From NCBI GenBank assembly GCA_951406725.2, contig OX597824.1, positions 20,770,001 through 20,834,000 on the forward strand: a DNA stretch of 64,000 bases, read 5' to 3'. Positions within the stretch are counted from its first letter, which is position 1; the number at the start of each line of letters is the position of its first letter. Below are positions 52,324-64,000 of this stretch, in pieces. Both the position numbers and the translations under genes were made by a program. Below the pieces are notes generated by a model. The model saw only the letters and a program-made list of their open reading frames with translations. It was not told the origin of the DNA and made no database searches. The DNA comes from Octopus vulgaris (taxonomy: Eukaryota).

Positions 52324-53115
52324 GATATATAGCTATAGATATGTGTATATTGTTACGACGTCGCTCAACTCAACTCAGGACCCTAAGTCGGCGACGATGA
52401 CTACGCTCAGTCAAACGGAAATCCACCACAGAAAGCGGAGAGTGGGCAGCGATCGCAAGCCAAATACAACAACAACAACGGAGAGAGATAGCGGAAGGCA
52501 GTTGCTTACATTTAACAACAATTTATATAATTTTACAACATCAATTGAAACATTTCAAGGTTAACAAGGTTAACAGACATTTAACAATTTATAACTTTAC
52601 AAAATCTATCAAACGTAATACACAAATCGACTTTTCTAAACAGATCAATTGGTTGACGAGCAACACAATTCAGAATCACAACAAAGTCTTTCTCTTTTCT
52701 TTTCTCTTCTTTCTTTTCTTACACAGAGAGTTCGTTCTCAAATATTCCTTTTTCTTTTAGAAACACAAGAAGTTCTTAGTTTCCTTTTCAACAGATTACA
52801 AGTTCTTTTTTTTTTAACAGTTTATGTCACAGAGTCTCTTTTTCAAACATCATAATTCAAATCACAAATAAAAACACAAATCAAATCATAAACAACAATA
52901 CCGAATGTTTCTGTGTGATTGTGCGCGTGTGTGTGTGCACGTGTGTGTGTGTGCGCGCGCGCGTATATGCGTTTGTGTGTGTGTGTGTGTACACAGGGGA
53001 GAGGCCTGTTTTGCGATTTCTGGGAACTGTGAGTGAATGTTTTAGGCAGCATCTGTATATCCAATTTTGCCAAACCCTACGTGTATATTATGTGTGCATT
53101 TTGTGTGCTTAAGTG

Positions 53116-53243
<128 letters not shown>

Positions 53244-53435
53244 TAATCCAAACATGAAAACACAAAGAGAAAACACAACAATGCGAGGACGTGGAACAAA
53301 TATAGTATTATTGGACGCTCAGGAAAGAAGGAGGGTTTAACGTTTCGAGCGGAGCTCTTCGTCAGAAACATGGGAAAAGGAAAGATCCAAAGAAGGGAAG
53401 ACGAAGGAAAAAAATAGCCAACGGTACACACGCGG

Positions 53436-54402
53436 TCAGGAATGTCTGACATTCCAGATATTCCTGACAGTCCAGACATTCCTGACATTCCAGAAATTCC
53501 AAACATTCCAGACATTCCGCACATGACATTCCTGACATTCCTTGGCGTGACGTGCCATTCCATTCCATTCCTTGACGTGACATTCCATTCCATGACGTGA
53601 CGTTAAGTGGAATGTCACGTCACGTCATGTAATGTCATTTAACGTCACATCATATAACTTCATTTAACGACCTTTAACGTCAAGTCATTTAACGTGACGT
53701 TATATGACATTGCGTTAAATGACGTGAAAGGACGTGGCGTTGGATGGCTTGAAATGACGTGACATTAAATGACGTTAAATTACGTGGCATGATGTGACGT
53801 TGAATGACGTTAAATGACGTGCCGTTAAACGACGCTAGGTGATGTTAAATGAAGGAGCATGATGTGACGTTAAATGACATTCCAGACATTCCTGACATTC
53901 CAAACATTCATGACATTCCAAAAATTCTTGACATTCAAGACATTCCTGACATTCCAGATTCCTGACATTCCGGATATTCTAGACATTCAAGAAATTCCTG
54001 ACATTCCGGATATTCTAGACATTCAAGAAATTCCTGACATTCCGGATATTCCAAACATTCCAAACATTCCAGACATTGCAGATATTCCAGACATTCCATT
54101 CCTGACATTCCACACATTCCTGACATTCCAGACACGTCGTTTAACGTGACGTTATTTGACGTTGCGTTAAATGACGTAAATTGTCGTGTCGTTGGATGGC
54201 TTGAAATGACGTGACTTTAAGTGACGTTAAATTATGTGGCATGATGTGCCGTTAACTGTCGTTATATGACGTGCCGTTAAACGACGTTAGGTGATGTTAA
54301 ATGAAGGAGCATGACTGACGTTACATGACGTTAAATGACATTCCAGACATTCCTGAGATTCCAGATTTTCCTTGCATCACAGACATTCCTGACATTCCAG
54401 AA
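53436..54402. repeat. Composite satellite of GACATTCC(T/A) 9-mers and TGACGTTAAA-type 10-mers
   Basis: Direct reading. Block 53690-53900 is repeated at 54140-54360. Confidence 0.85.
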
Positions 54403-54777
54403 TGTTTAATTGAATGTAAAGTGCATGTAATCGTTTAACGGTTAAGAATTGAAGACTTTAATTACTTAAGGGTTTCTTGACTGGAAACTGGATTTCTTTA
54501 AATGCAGCTGGAACATTCAGCGATTGAAAGAGGTCCATCGTTGGATATATGAGACAAAAATTTTACTATAAAGAAATTAGGATGCCAATGGACGATGTTG
54601 TTGGTAGAAGTAATCAGACACGGCCCAGTCATGGTGGCTGTTTGATCAGGTCACTCTGGTTTCAGGTTCAGTCCCATTTGGCGACACCCTGAGCAAGTGT
54701 CTTCTGCTATGGTCTAGGGCCGACAAATGTCTAGTGAATGAATTCGGTAGCTGGAAACTGCGTTAAAGCTCATCATG

Positions 54778-54809
<32 letters not shown>

Positions 54810-55381
54810 AAAGAGAGAGAGAGAGTGTGTGAGTGTGTGAGTCAGTGTTTATACCCCCACCCACCCAACTTGACAACTGTTGTTGAATTTGTTTACGTTC
54901 CTATAACTTAGCAGTTCAGTAAAAGAAACCGAAAAAATAAGTATCACACTTACAACTAAGTCCTGTGGGGCAATATATTTGACTAAGCCTTTGAAGGAGG
55001 TGCTCCAGCTCGGCCGCAGTTTAATAACTGAAATAAATAAAAGATAGATTATATTAATTCACATAAGAAACAATGAAAATAATCTGATTGATAAAAAGAA
55101 TACACCTTGATGAAGTTGGCTCAGGTGATTGTAAAACTATAAATATACTCAGAAATATTAAATTTCTAAATATCTCATAGAGATATGTGCGGTAGTGGAG
55201 CGATAGAGTGGTTGTATACTGTCAACTAATCGGTCTCAGAGCTTATTCTTTGTAAGCCTAGTACTTATTCTATCGGTTCTTTTACTGAAACGCTAAGTTA
55301 CTGGGACGTAAACACACCAGTATCGGTTGTCAAGTGATGTTGGGTGGACAGATACACAAACACATACACACATACATATAC

Positions 55382-55477
<96 letters not shown>

Positions 55478-55820
55478 TAGGAAGAAATGGAGCTGAACGA
55501 AGATTTAACAAAATTCCTTTTTATTATTTTCTACATATGTTTGTCCCTAATCCGGATTGAATAAGGAGACCATTTTGCAGCCTTCTCTTAGGAAAATCCA
55601 GGAACATATGTAGAAAATAATAAAAAGGAATTTTGTTAAATCTTCGTTCAGCTCCATTCTTCCTACACTAAATATATAAACTTCAAATTTCCGCACTAAG
55701 GCACGGGTTTGAGACCCCATGGTCGTAACCTCAACCGTGATTTTTCTGTTGTGATTTTTGCTACCCAGGTATCGGTTATCTTTTGAATAATCCGTAACAA
55801 GATAATTCATTTATCCATTT

Positions 55821-55902
<82 letters not shown>

Positions 55903-56599
55903 CGAGATGAAGTTTGGTCTTGAGCTTATAAATAACAACAACATAGGTCTACCGGATCAGGACCAGCTTTGGGTTAAGCAACAACAACAACGCTGCAGCA
56001 ACCTGGGGGTTCCTTGTAAAGAACGTTGTAACCACTCTGTCTCCAAGATACGACACGTTTGTCTCTATAATAAATCTCAGTATATATTTATTTACATACA
56101 CCACTAAGGGGATAATGTCACACGCTGTGTGATGTAATGGATAATTAACATAAAGAGAAATTGCCATGTTTTTACATTCCCATCGCTCTAGGTAGTTCAT
56201 GTGCCTACATAATATTGGATTCTCGCTTCATGAGCTTAATGTATTGGCTACCCTCCATGTAAATAATACGACTTCACCGGCGACTTGCAATTTTGTTGTT
56301 GTTTGTTTTATCATTTTCTTATATATTTATTATTATCATTATTATTATTATTTATTATTTATTTATTTATTTTTTTTGCTTTTTAATTACATTTATTTTA
56401 TTATTTCTTTTCAATGTTCTTCTGATGGCTGACATGTCTTAAAGAGTGACTCTTGAATTTTGTGCCGCAACGGTGTCCGGTTTTATTGTGCTTAATATTC
56501 GGATGGCCACCCACGTCGCAGATAATTTTATACGTGAGTGTGTGTATGTATGTGTGTGTGTGTATTTACATACATATATATATATATGTGCGTGTACGT

Positions 56600-56632
<33 letters not shown>

Positions 56633-56896
56633 TGTGTGTGTGTGTGTGTGTATACACACGCACACTTCACTTCTCTGATATAGTTGGTTATTAACTCAAG
56701 TTCAAACCAATATTTTCACGGGCCATAATTATCAGTATGAGGCATTTTTTTCTGCTTGTCTGGTTTTAAGCAGATAGAATATAAATCTGCTTCTTATTAC
56801 AATTAATTCCCCTATTGTTACTTCTTTTTATGACAACGTACACTTATTCTTTCTCTTAAAATATTCGTAGGGTTTACAATAGTTAAAGAGTGTATC

Positions 56897-57507
<611 letters not shown>

Positions 57508-57755
57508 TATATATATAACGAGGACATAAACACACCAGCATCATTTGTCAAGCAATGCTAGGGGGACAAATACAGACACACAAACACATACACGCATATA
57601 TATATACATATATACCACACAGCCACTCCTGCGCCTATATATATATAATACCATAATGGTTAATGTATAATGTTTTTTTTAAATTAATCATTAAGGTATT
57701 TTAGTATGCTGGCCACTGATAAATCATTAAATAATGACTATCGTAATTACGTGTG

Positions 57756-57813
<58 letters not shown>

Positions 57814-58115
57814 GAGGCGCAATGACCCAGTGGTTAGGGTAGTGGACGCGCGGTCGTAGGATCGCGGTTTCGATTCCAATACCGGGCGTTGTGAGTGTTT
57901 ATTGAGTGAAAACACCTAAAGCTCCAAGAGGCTCCGGCAGGGCGTGGTGGTGGCGATCCCTGCCGTACTCTTTCGCCACAACTTTCTCTCCCTCTTTCTT
58001 CTGTTGGCCTGCTCGCTTAGCCAGCAGGGTGGCGCCATTTGAAGGCTAAAACAATACGAAGCGCATTATGACCAGCGATGTATAGGAACATCATCTGATA
58101 GCCTGGTCGGTCACG

Positions 58116-58120
<5 letters not shown>
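57814..58120 (+). mobile_element. SINE family D (tRNA-Arg-like head), tail variant 1
   Basis: A box cagtggttagg, B box ggtttcgattcc, ends in (TA)n. Confidence 0.8.
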
Positions 58121-58180
<60 letters not shown>

Positions 58181-58361
58181 TCAATATAGGGTGGCAAAAA
58201 ATTTTGTAGAATTTTTTTTGCCACCAGCGGCCTAGTGGGAAAAAATTAAATAGTCATAGACCATTTATAAGTTCAACATCACAATCAAGGGTAAATGTTT
58301 TTTAATTTTCTCCTGGTTTACGGAATTAATGTTATTTTGCGGTTGAAGCTTTGGCTTGATT

Positions 58362-58425
<64 letters not shown>

Positions 58426-58719
58426 ATAATGAGGGAGATAAATTAATATTAATTTTAATATCAATTTAAAACCAGTAGTCCAGCATACAAAAATCTGAGA
58501 AATCAGAGAAAATTCTAATATATGTGTATATTGGCAGGGTTTACTGCTAGGGAGTCGGCCGTATGCTAGAAATAGACCATCAACGATTAAACTACAAGGA
58601 AATTCTCTAGAGGAAAAATACAGGAAATACAGGAAAAATTCTCCTCTAGAGAATTTCCTTGTAGTTTGATCGTTGATGGTCTATTTCTAGCATACGGCCG
58701 ACTCCCTAGCAGTAAGCCC

Positions 58720-58786
<67 letters not shown>

Positions 58787-59375
58787 CATACATACATATA
58801 AGAAAATGGAGAAACAAATTTAGTTTGTTCATCAACTTACGGATATTATAATGTTAGATTATTTATTCATTTTGCAAATGGGGACATCAAAAGCATACAA
58901 AATATTATATAAATCAATAGATAAGATAATAATACAAATACAGATTTTAAAAGTCATGTTATAAATTATTGAATTCAGAAATTACTTCTTACACCTGTTT
59001 CAGCCTATGGTCAAAAGCGAATCAAATTTCCATTGCCTATAGATGTTAACATACTAGGGTTGTAGGCATTTAAAAAATATAATACTTATATGTTAAAAGA
59101 ACCATAGGCCTCGTCAGAGGTTATAAATAACTTTAAAATATAATAATAATAATATTAATATACTAAACACGCTGCACGTATTACTTAATATATACAAATA
59201 AACAATAGACAAATATCCAAATATACATATATACATACATATATATATATACATACATATAAAAAAAACTACATATATACACACATATACATACATAAGC
59301 AAAGCGTATATACTATTCACATGCGCTAAATACATTAATGAACACCATTGAACAATATATTACATTGGGTATTTA

Positions 59376-59604
59376 AGGCGTCGAACTGGCAGAAACGTTA
59401 GCACGCCGGGCGAAATGCGTAGCCGTATTTCGTCTGTCGTTACGTTCCGGGTTCAAATTCCGCCGAGGTCGACTTTGCCTTTCATCCTTTCGGGGTCGAT
59501 AAATTAAGTACCAGTTACGCACTGGGGTCGATGTAATCGACTTAATCCCTTTGTCTGTCCTTGTTTGTCCCCTCTGTGTTTGGCCCCTTGTGGGTAGTAC
59601 AGAA
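59376..59604 (+). mobile_element. SINE family B monomer, young copy
   Basis: Flanked by the direct repeat atatattacattgggtat. Confidence 0.85.
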
Positions 59605-60224
59605 ATATATTACATTGGGTATACCATGCGTCGTTTATTCATGTAAATACGTTACAACGTATATACACTACTATGTTTATCAGTAACAACAATATTATTG
59701 AGTGAGATGTAAACAGTAAGCGCTCGACAACGTAAGCCCCAGGAGATCATCGTCTCCAGCTGGCTTTAGAAAGCTACAGTAACGCCCACCCCTAGTGGTT
59801 AGCCATATTGAGATGGCTAGTATACTTTACGTTGTCGAGCGCTTACTGTTTGCATCTCACTCAGAGATTTATGATTGCTTTCAGACCGTTTTTCGAAATC
59901 AGTGACAGTGGTTACTGGGAAAAACATTAAATAAATATTCGCAAATAGGTCTCTCCTCATCGAAAACCAGTGATTAGCGTATGTTGACAAGAGACAATAA
60001 TCTCGAAACTACAGTCCATGCGTATCACTTAGGTTTTCGAGAGGGGATGACCTCCCTTTGTGAATATCAAATGACGTTAAATGGAATGTCACGTCACGTC
60101 TAGGTATGGAATGTCACGGAATGGCATGAATGTTTGGAATGTGTGGAATTTCTAGAATGTTTATAATGACTGGAATGAGTGGGATGTGTGGAATGTGTGG
60201 AATTTCTAGAAAGTGTGGAACTTC

Positions 60225-61885
60225 ACCGATCCCCATCTCTGGAATGTTCGACATTCCTTCCTCCCCTTCCTCCCCTTCACTTCTCAAATCCCTCTCTATG
60301 GAATGTTAAAAATTCCTTCCACCCCTTCACTTCTCAAATCCCCCTCTCTGGAATGTTCAACATTCCTTCCTCCCCCTCTCTCCTAAAATCCCACTCACTG
60401 GAATGTTAAACATTCCTTCTTCCCCTTCACTTCTCAAATCCCCCTGTGGTATGTTCAACATTGCTTCCTCCCTTCATTCGTGAAATCCCCCTCTCTGGAA
60501 TTTTCAACATTCCTTCAATCCCTTCCTCCCTTTCACTTCTAAAATCCCCTTCTCAGGAATGTTCAACATTCCTTCCTCCCCTTCACTTCTATAATCCCCC
60601 TCTCTGGAATATTCAACATTCCCTTCCTTCCCTTCCTCCCCTTCACTTCTCAAATCCCCCTCTCTAGAATATTCAACATTCCCTCCTTCCCTTCCTCCCC
60701 TTTATTTCTCAAATCCCTCTTTGTGGAATGTTCAACATTCCCTCCTTCCCTTCCTCCCCTGTATTTCTCAAATCCCCCTCTCTGGAATGTTCAACATTCC
60801 TTCCTTCCCTTCCTCACCTTCACTTCTCAAATCCCCCTCTCTGGAATGTTCGACATTTCTTCCTCCCCTCATCCCCTGCATTTCTCAAACCCGCCTCTCT
60901 GAAATGTTCAACATTCCTTCCTTCCCGTTCTCCCCTTTATTTCTGAAATCTTCCTCTCTGGAATGTTCGACATTCCTTCCTCGCCTTCCAACGCTTTATT
61001 TCTCAAATCCCCCTCTCTGGAATGTTCAACATACCTTCCTTCCCTTCCTCCCCTTCACTTCTCAAATCCCCCTCTCTGGAATGTTCGATATTCCTTCCTC
61101 CCCTTCCTCCCCTTCACTTCTCAAATCCCCCTCTCTGGAATGTTCGATATTCTTCCTCCCCTTCTCCCCTTTATTTCTAAAATCCCTCTCTCTAGAATGT
61201 TCGATATTCTTCCTCCCCTTCTCCCCTTTATTTCTAAAATCCCTCTCTCTAGAATGTTCGATATTCTTCCTCCCCTTTACTTCTCAAATCCCCCTCTATG
61301 GAATGTTCGATATTCCTTCCTCCCCTTCCTCCCCATCATTTCTCAAATCTCCCTCTCTGGAATGTTCGACATTCCTTCCTCGCCTTCCTCCACATCATTT
61401 CTCAAATCTGTCTCTCTGGAATGTTCAACATTCCTTCCTCTCCTTCCACCCCTTCATTTCTCAAATCCCCCTCTCTGGAATGTTCAACATTCCTTCCTCC
61501 CCTTCATTTCTCAAATCCCCCTCTCTGGAATGTTCAACATTTTTCCCCCCTTCCTCCCCTTCATTTCACAAATCCCCCTCACTGGAATGTTCAACATTCC
61601 TTCCTTCCCTTCCACCCCTTCATTTCTCCAATCACCCTCTCTGGAATGTTCAACATTCCTTCCTACCCTTCCTCCCCTTCATTTCTCATATCCCCCTCTC
61701 TGGAATGTTCAACATTCCTTCCACCTCTTCCTCCCCTTCACTTCTCAAATCCCCCTGTCCGGAATGTTCAACATTCCTTCCTTCCCTTCATTTCTCAAAT
61801 CCCCCTCTGTGGAATGTTCAACATTCCTTCCTACCCTTCCTCCCTTTCATTTCTCAAATCCCCCTCTGTGTAATGTTCAACATTC
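60225..61885. repeat. ~45-60-bp satellite (ctctctggaatgttcaacattccttcctccccttcacttctcaaatcccc)
   Basis: Roughly 30 tandem units read directly. Confidence 0.9.
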
Positions 61886-64000
61886 CTGACATTTGAACCA
61901 GTTTGATCAGGTATGATCCGGTTTGAACTGGTTTGTCGCCACCGTCTTTGATCTCTGACATTCCTGACATTCCAGACATTCCTGGCATTTGAACCAGTTT
62001 GAAACGGTTTAATCCGGTTTAAACCGGTTTGATCTGGTTTGAACCGGTTTGTCGGCACCGTCTTTGATCTTTGTCGGCACCGTCTTTGATCTCTGACATT
62101 CCTGACATTATTGACATTTGAACCGGTCTGATCCGGTTTGAACCGGTTTGAACCGGTTTCATCCGGTTTGATGCGGTTTGAACCGGTTTAATCCGGTTTG
62201 ATGCGGTTTGAACCGGTTCATCGGCCCCGTTTTTGATCTTTGTCGGCACACTCTTTGATCTGTGTCAGCACCGTCTTTGATCTCAGACATTCCTGACATT
62301 CCTGACATTTGAACCGGTTTGATCCGAATTTGAACCGGTTGGAACCGGTTTAATACGGTTTGAACCGGTTTGAACCGGTTTGTCGCCACCGTCTTTGATC
62401 TTAGTCGGCACACACTTAGATCTCTGTCGGCACCGTCTTTTATCTATGACATTCCTCCCATTCCAGACATTCCTGACATTCCAGACGTTCCTGACGTTCC
62501 TGACATTCCTGACATTTGAACCGATTTCATCCGGTTTGAACCGGTTTAATTCGGTTTGAACCGGTTTGATGCGGTTTGGACCGGTTTATCTGCATCGTGT
62601 TTGATCTTTTTGGCACACTCTTTGATCTCTGTCGGCACCGTCTTTGATCTCTGACATTCCATACATTACAGACATTCCTGAATATCCTGACATTTGATCC
62701 GGTTTGATTCGGTTCGATCCGGTTTGAACCGATTTGATCTGGTATGAACCGGTTTGATCTGGTTTGAAACGGTTTAATCCGGTTTGAACCGGTTTGCACC
62801 GTTTTGAACCAGTTTGAACCTGTTAGAACCGGTTTGAACCGGTTTGTCGACACCGTCTTTGATCTTTGTCGGCACCCTCTTTGATCTCTGTCGGCACCGT
62901 CTTTGATCTCTGACATTCCTGACATTCCCGACATTCCAGACATTCCTGACATTCCAGACATTCCTGACATTCCAGACATTCCAGACATTCCTGACATTCC
63001 AGACATTCCTGACATTCCTAACATTCCAGACATTCCTGACATTCCAGACATTTGAACCGGTTAGAACCGGTTTGACGCGGTTTAAACCGGTTTGATCCGG
63101 TTTGAACCAGTTTGACCAGGTTTAAACCGGTTTGATCCGGTTTGAACCGGTTTGTCGGCACCGTCTTTGATCTTTGTCGAAACACTCTTTGATCTCTGTC
63201 GGCACCGTCTTTGATCTATGACATTCATGACATTCCTGACATTTTAACCAGTTTGATCAGGTATGATCCGGTTTGAACTGGTTTGGTCCGGTTTGAAATG
63301 GTTTAATCCGGTTTGAACTGGTTTGATCTAGTTTGAACCGGTTGTTCGCCTCCGTCTTTCATCTTGGTCGGCACACTCTAGATCTCTGTCGGCACCGTCT
63401 TTCATCTATGACATTCCTCATATTCCAGACATTCCTGACATTCCAGACATTCCTGACATTACTGACATTCCAGACATTCCTGACATTCCTGACATTTGAA
63501 CCGGTTTGATCCGGTTCGAACTGGAGATCAAAGACGGTTTGATCTGGTTTGGACCGGTTTGTCGACATTCCTGATATTTGTCGGCACCATCTTTGATCTT
63601 TGTCGGCACACTCTTTGATCTATGTCGACACTGTCTTTGATCTCTGATATTCCTGACATTCCAGACATTCCTGACATTCCAAACATTCCTGACATTTCAG
63701 ACATTCCAGACATTCCTGATATTCCTGACATTCCAGACATCCTGACATTCCAGACATTCCTGACATTCTAGACATTCCTGACATTCCAGATATTCCTGAC
63801 ATTCCAGACATTCCTGACATTCCTGACATTCCAGGCATTCCTGACATTCCACACATTCCTGACATTCCATAAATTCCAGACATTCCTGACATTCCAGACA
63901 TTCCTGACATTCCAGACATTCCTGACATTCCAGACATTCCAGACATTCCTGACATTCCAGACATTCCTGACATTCCAGACATTCCTAACATTCCAGACAT
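61880..64000. repeat. Composite satellite of GACATTCC(T/A) 9-mer, GAACCGGTTT 10-mer and TGTCGGCACCGTCTTTGATCT ~21-mer blocks
   Basis: Direct reading. Runs off the window end. Confidence 0.9.

Noticed and set aside
52350-52895. Possible solo LTR starting TGTTACG
   Set aside because: Could not identify a matching CA end with a TSD or a partner LTR.
57814-57890. tRNA gene call for SINE heads (families A, B, D, E)
   Set aside because: A/B boxes are present but cloverleaf stems are incomplete, and each continues into a SINE body.
60721-61896. 391-aa and 308-aa repetitive ORFs and MSG-repeat ORFs to the window end
   Set aside because: Satellite translations. Unit lengths are not constrained to multiples of three and the frames shift freely.

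Overview
AT-rich, repeat-dominated animal genomic DNA. The dense (TA)n/(CAT)n/(TAT)n microsatellites and the tRNA-derived SINE families resemble what I know of octopus genomes (inference, not checked by search). One intact protein-coding gene is supported: a + strand DUF229-type, alkaline-phosphatase-superfamily, type II membrane protein with coding exons at 28557-30005, 33482-33793 and 35824-36039 (658 aa), plus a probable upstream exon at 20327-20407. Its last exon and 3' flank are tandemly duplicated as a frameshifted copy. The rest is mobile-element debris: four tRNA-SINE families, RTE and R4/Dong LINE relics, Helitron-, piggyBac-, Ginger- and Tc1/mariner-type non-autonomous elements, a MITE with 6-bp TSDs and internal TTAGGG, Penelope-like pieces with minimal hammerhead-ribozyme motifs, long hairpins embedded in (TA)n, a 5'-broken tRNA-Leu(AAG) fused to a SINE tail, and CATTCC-rich satellites at the 3' end. 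Almost all other ORFs in the track are microsatellite or repeat artefacts. Repeat boundaries were read by eye and may be off by a few bases.
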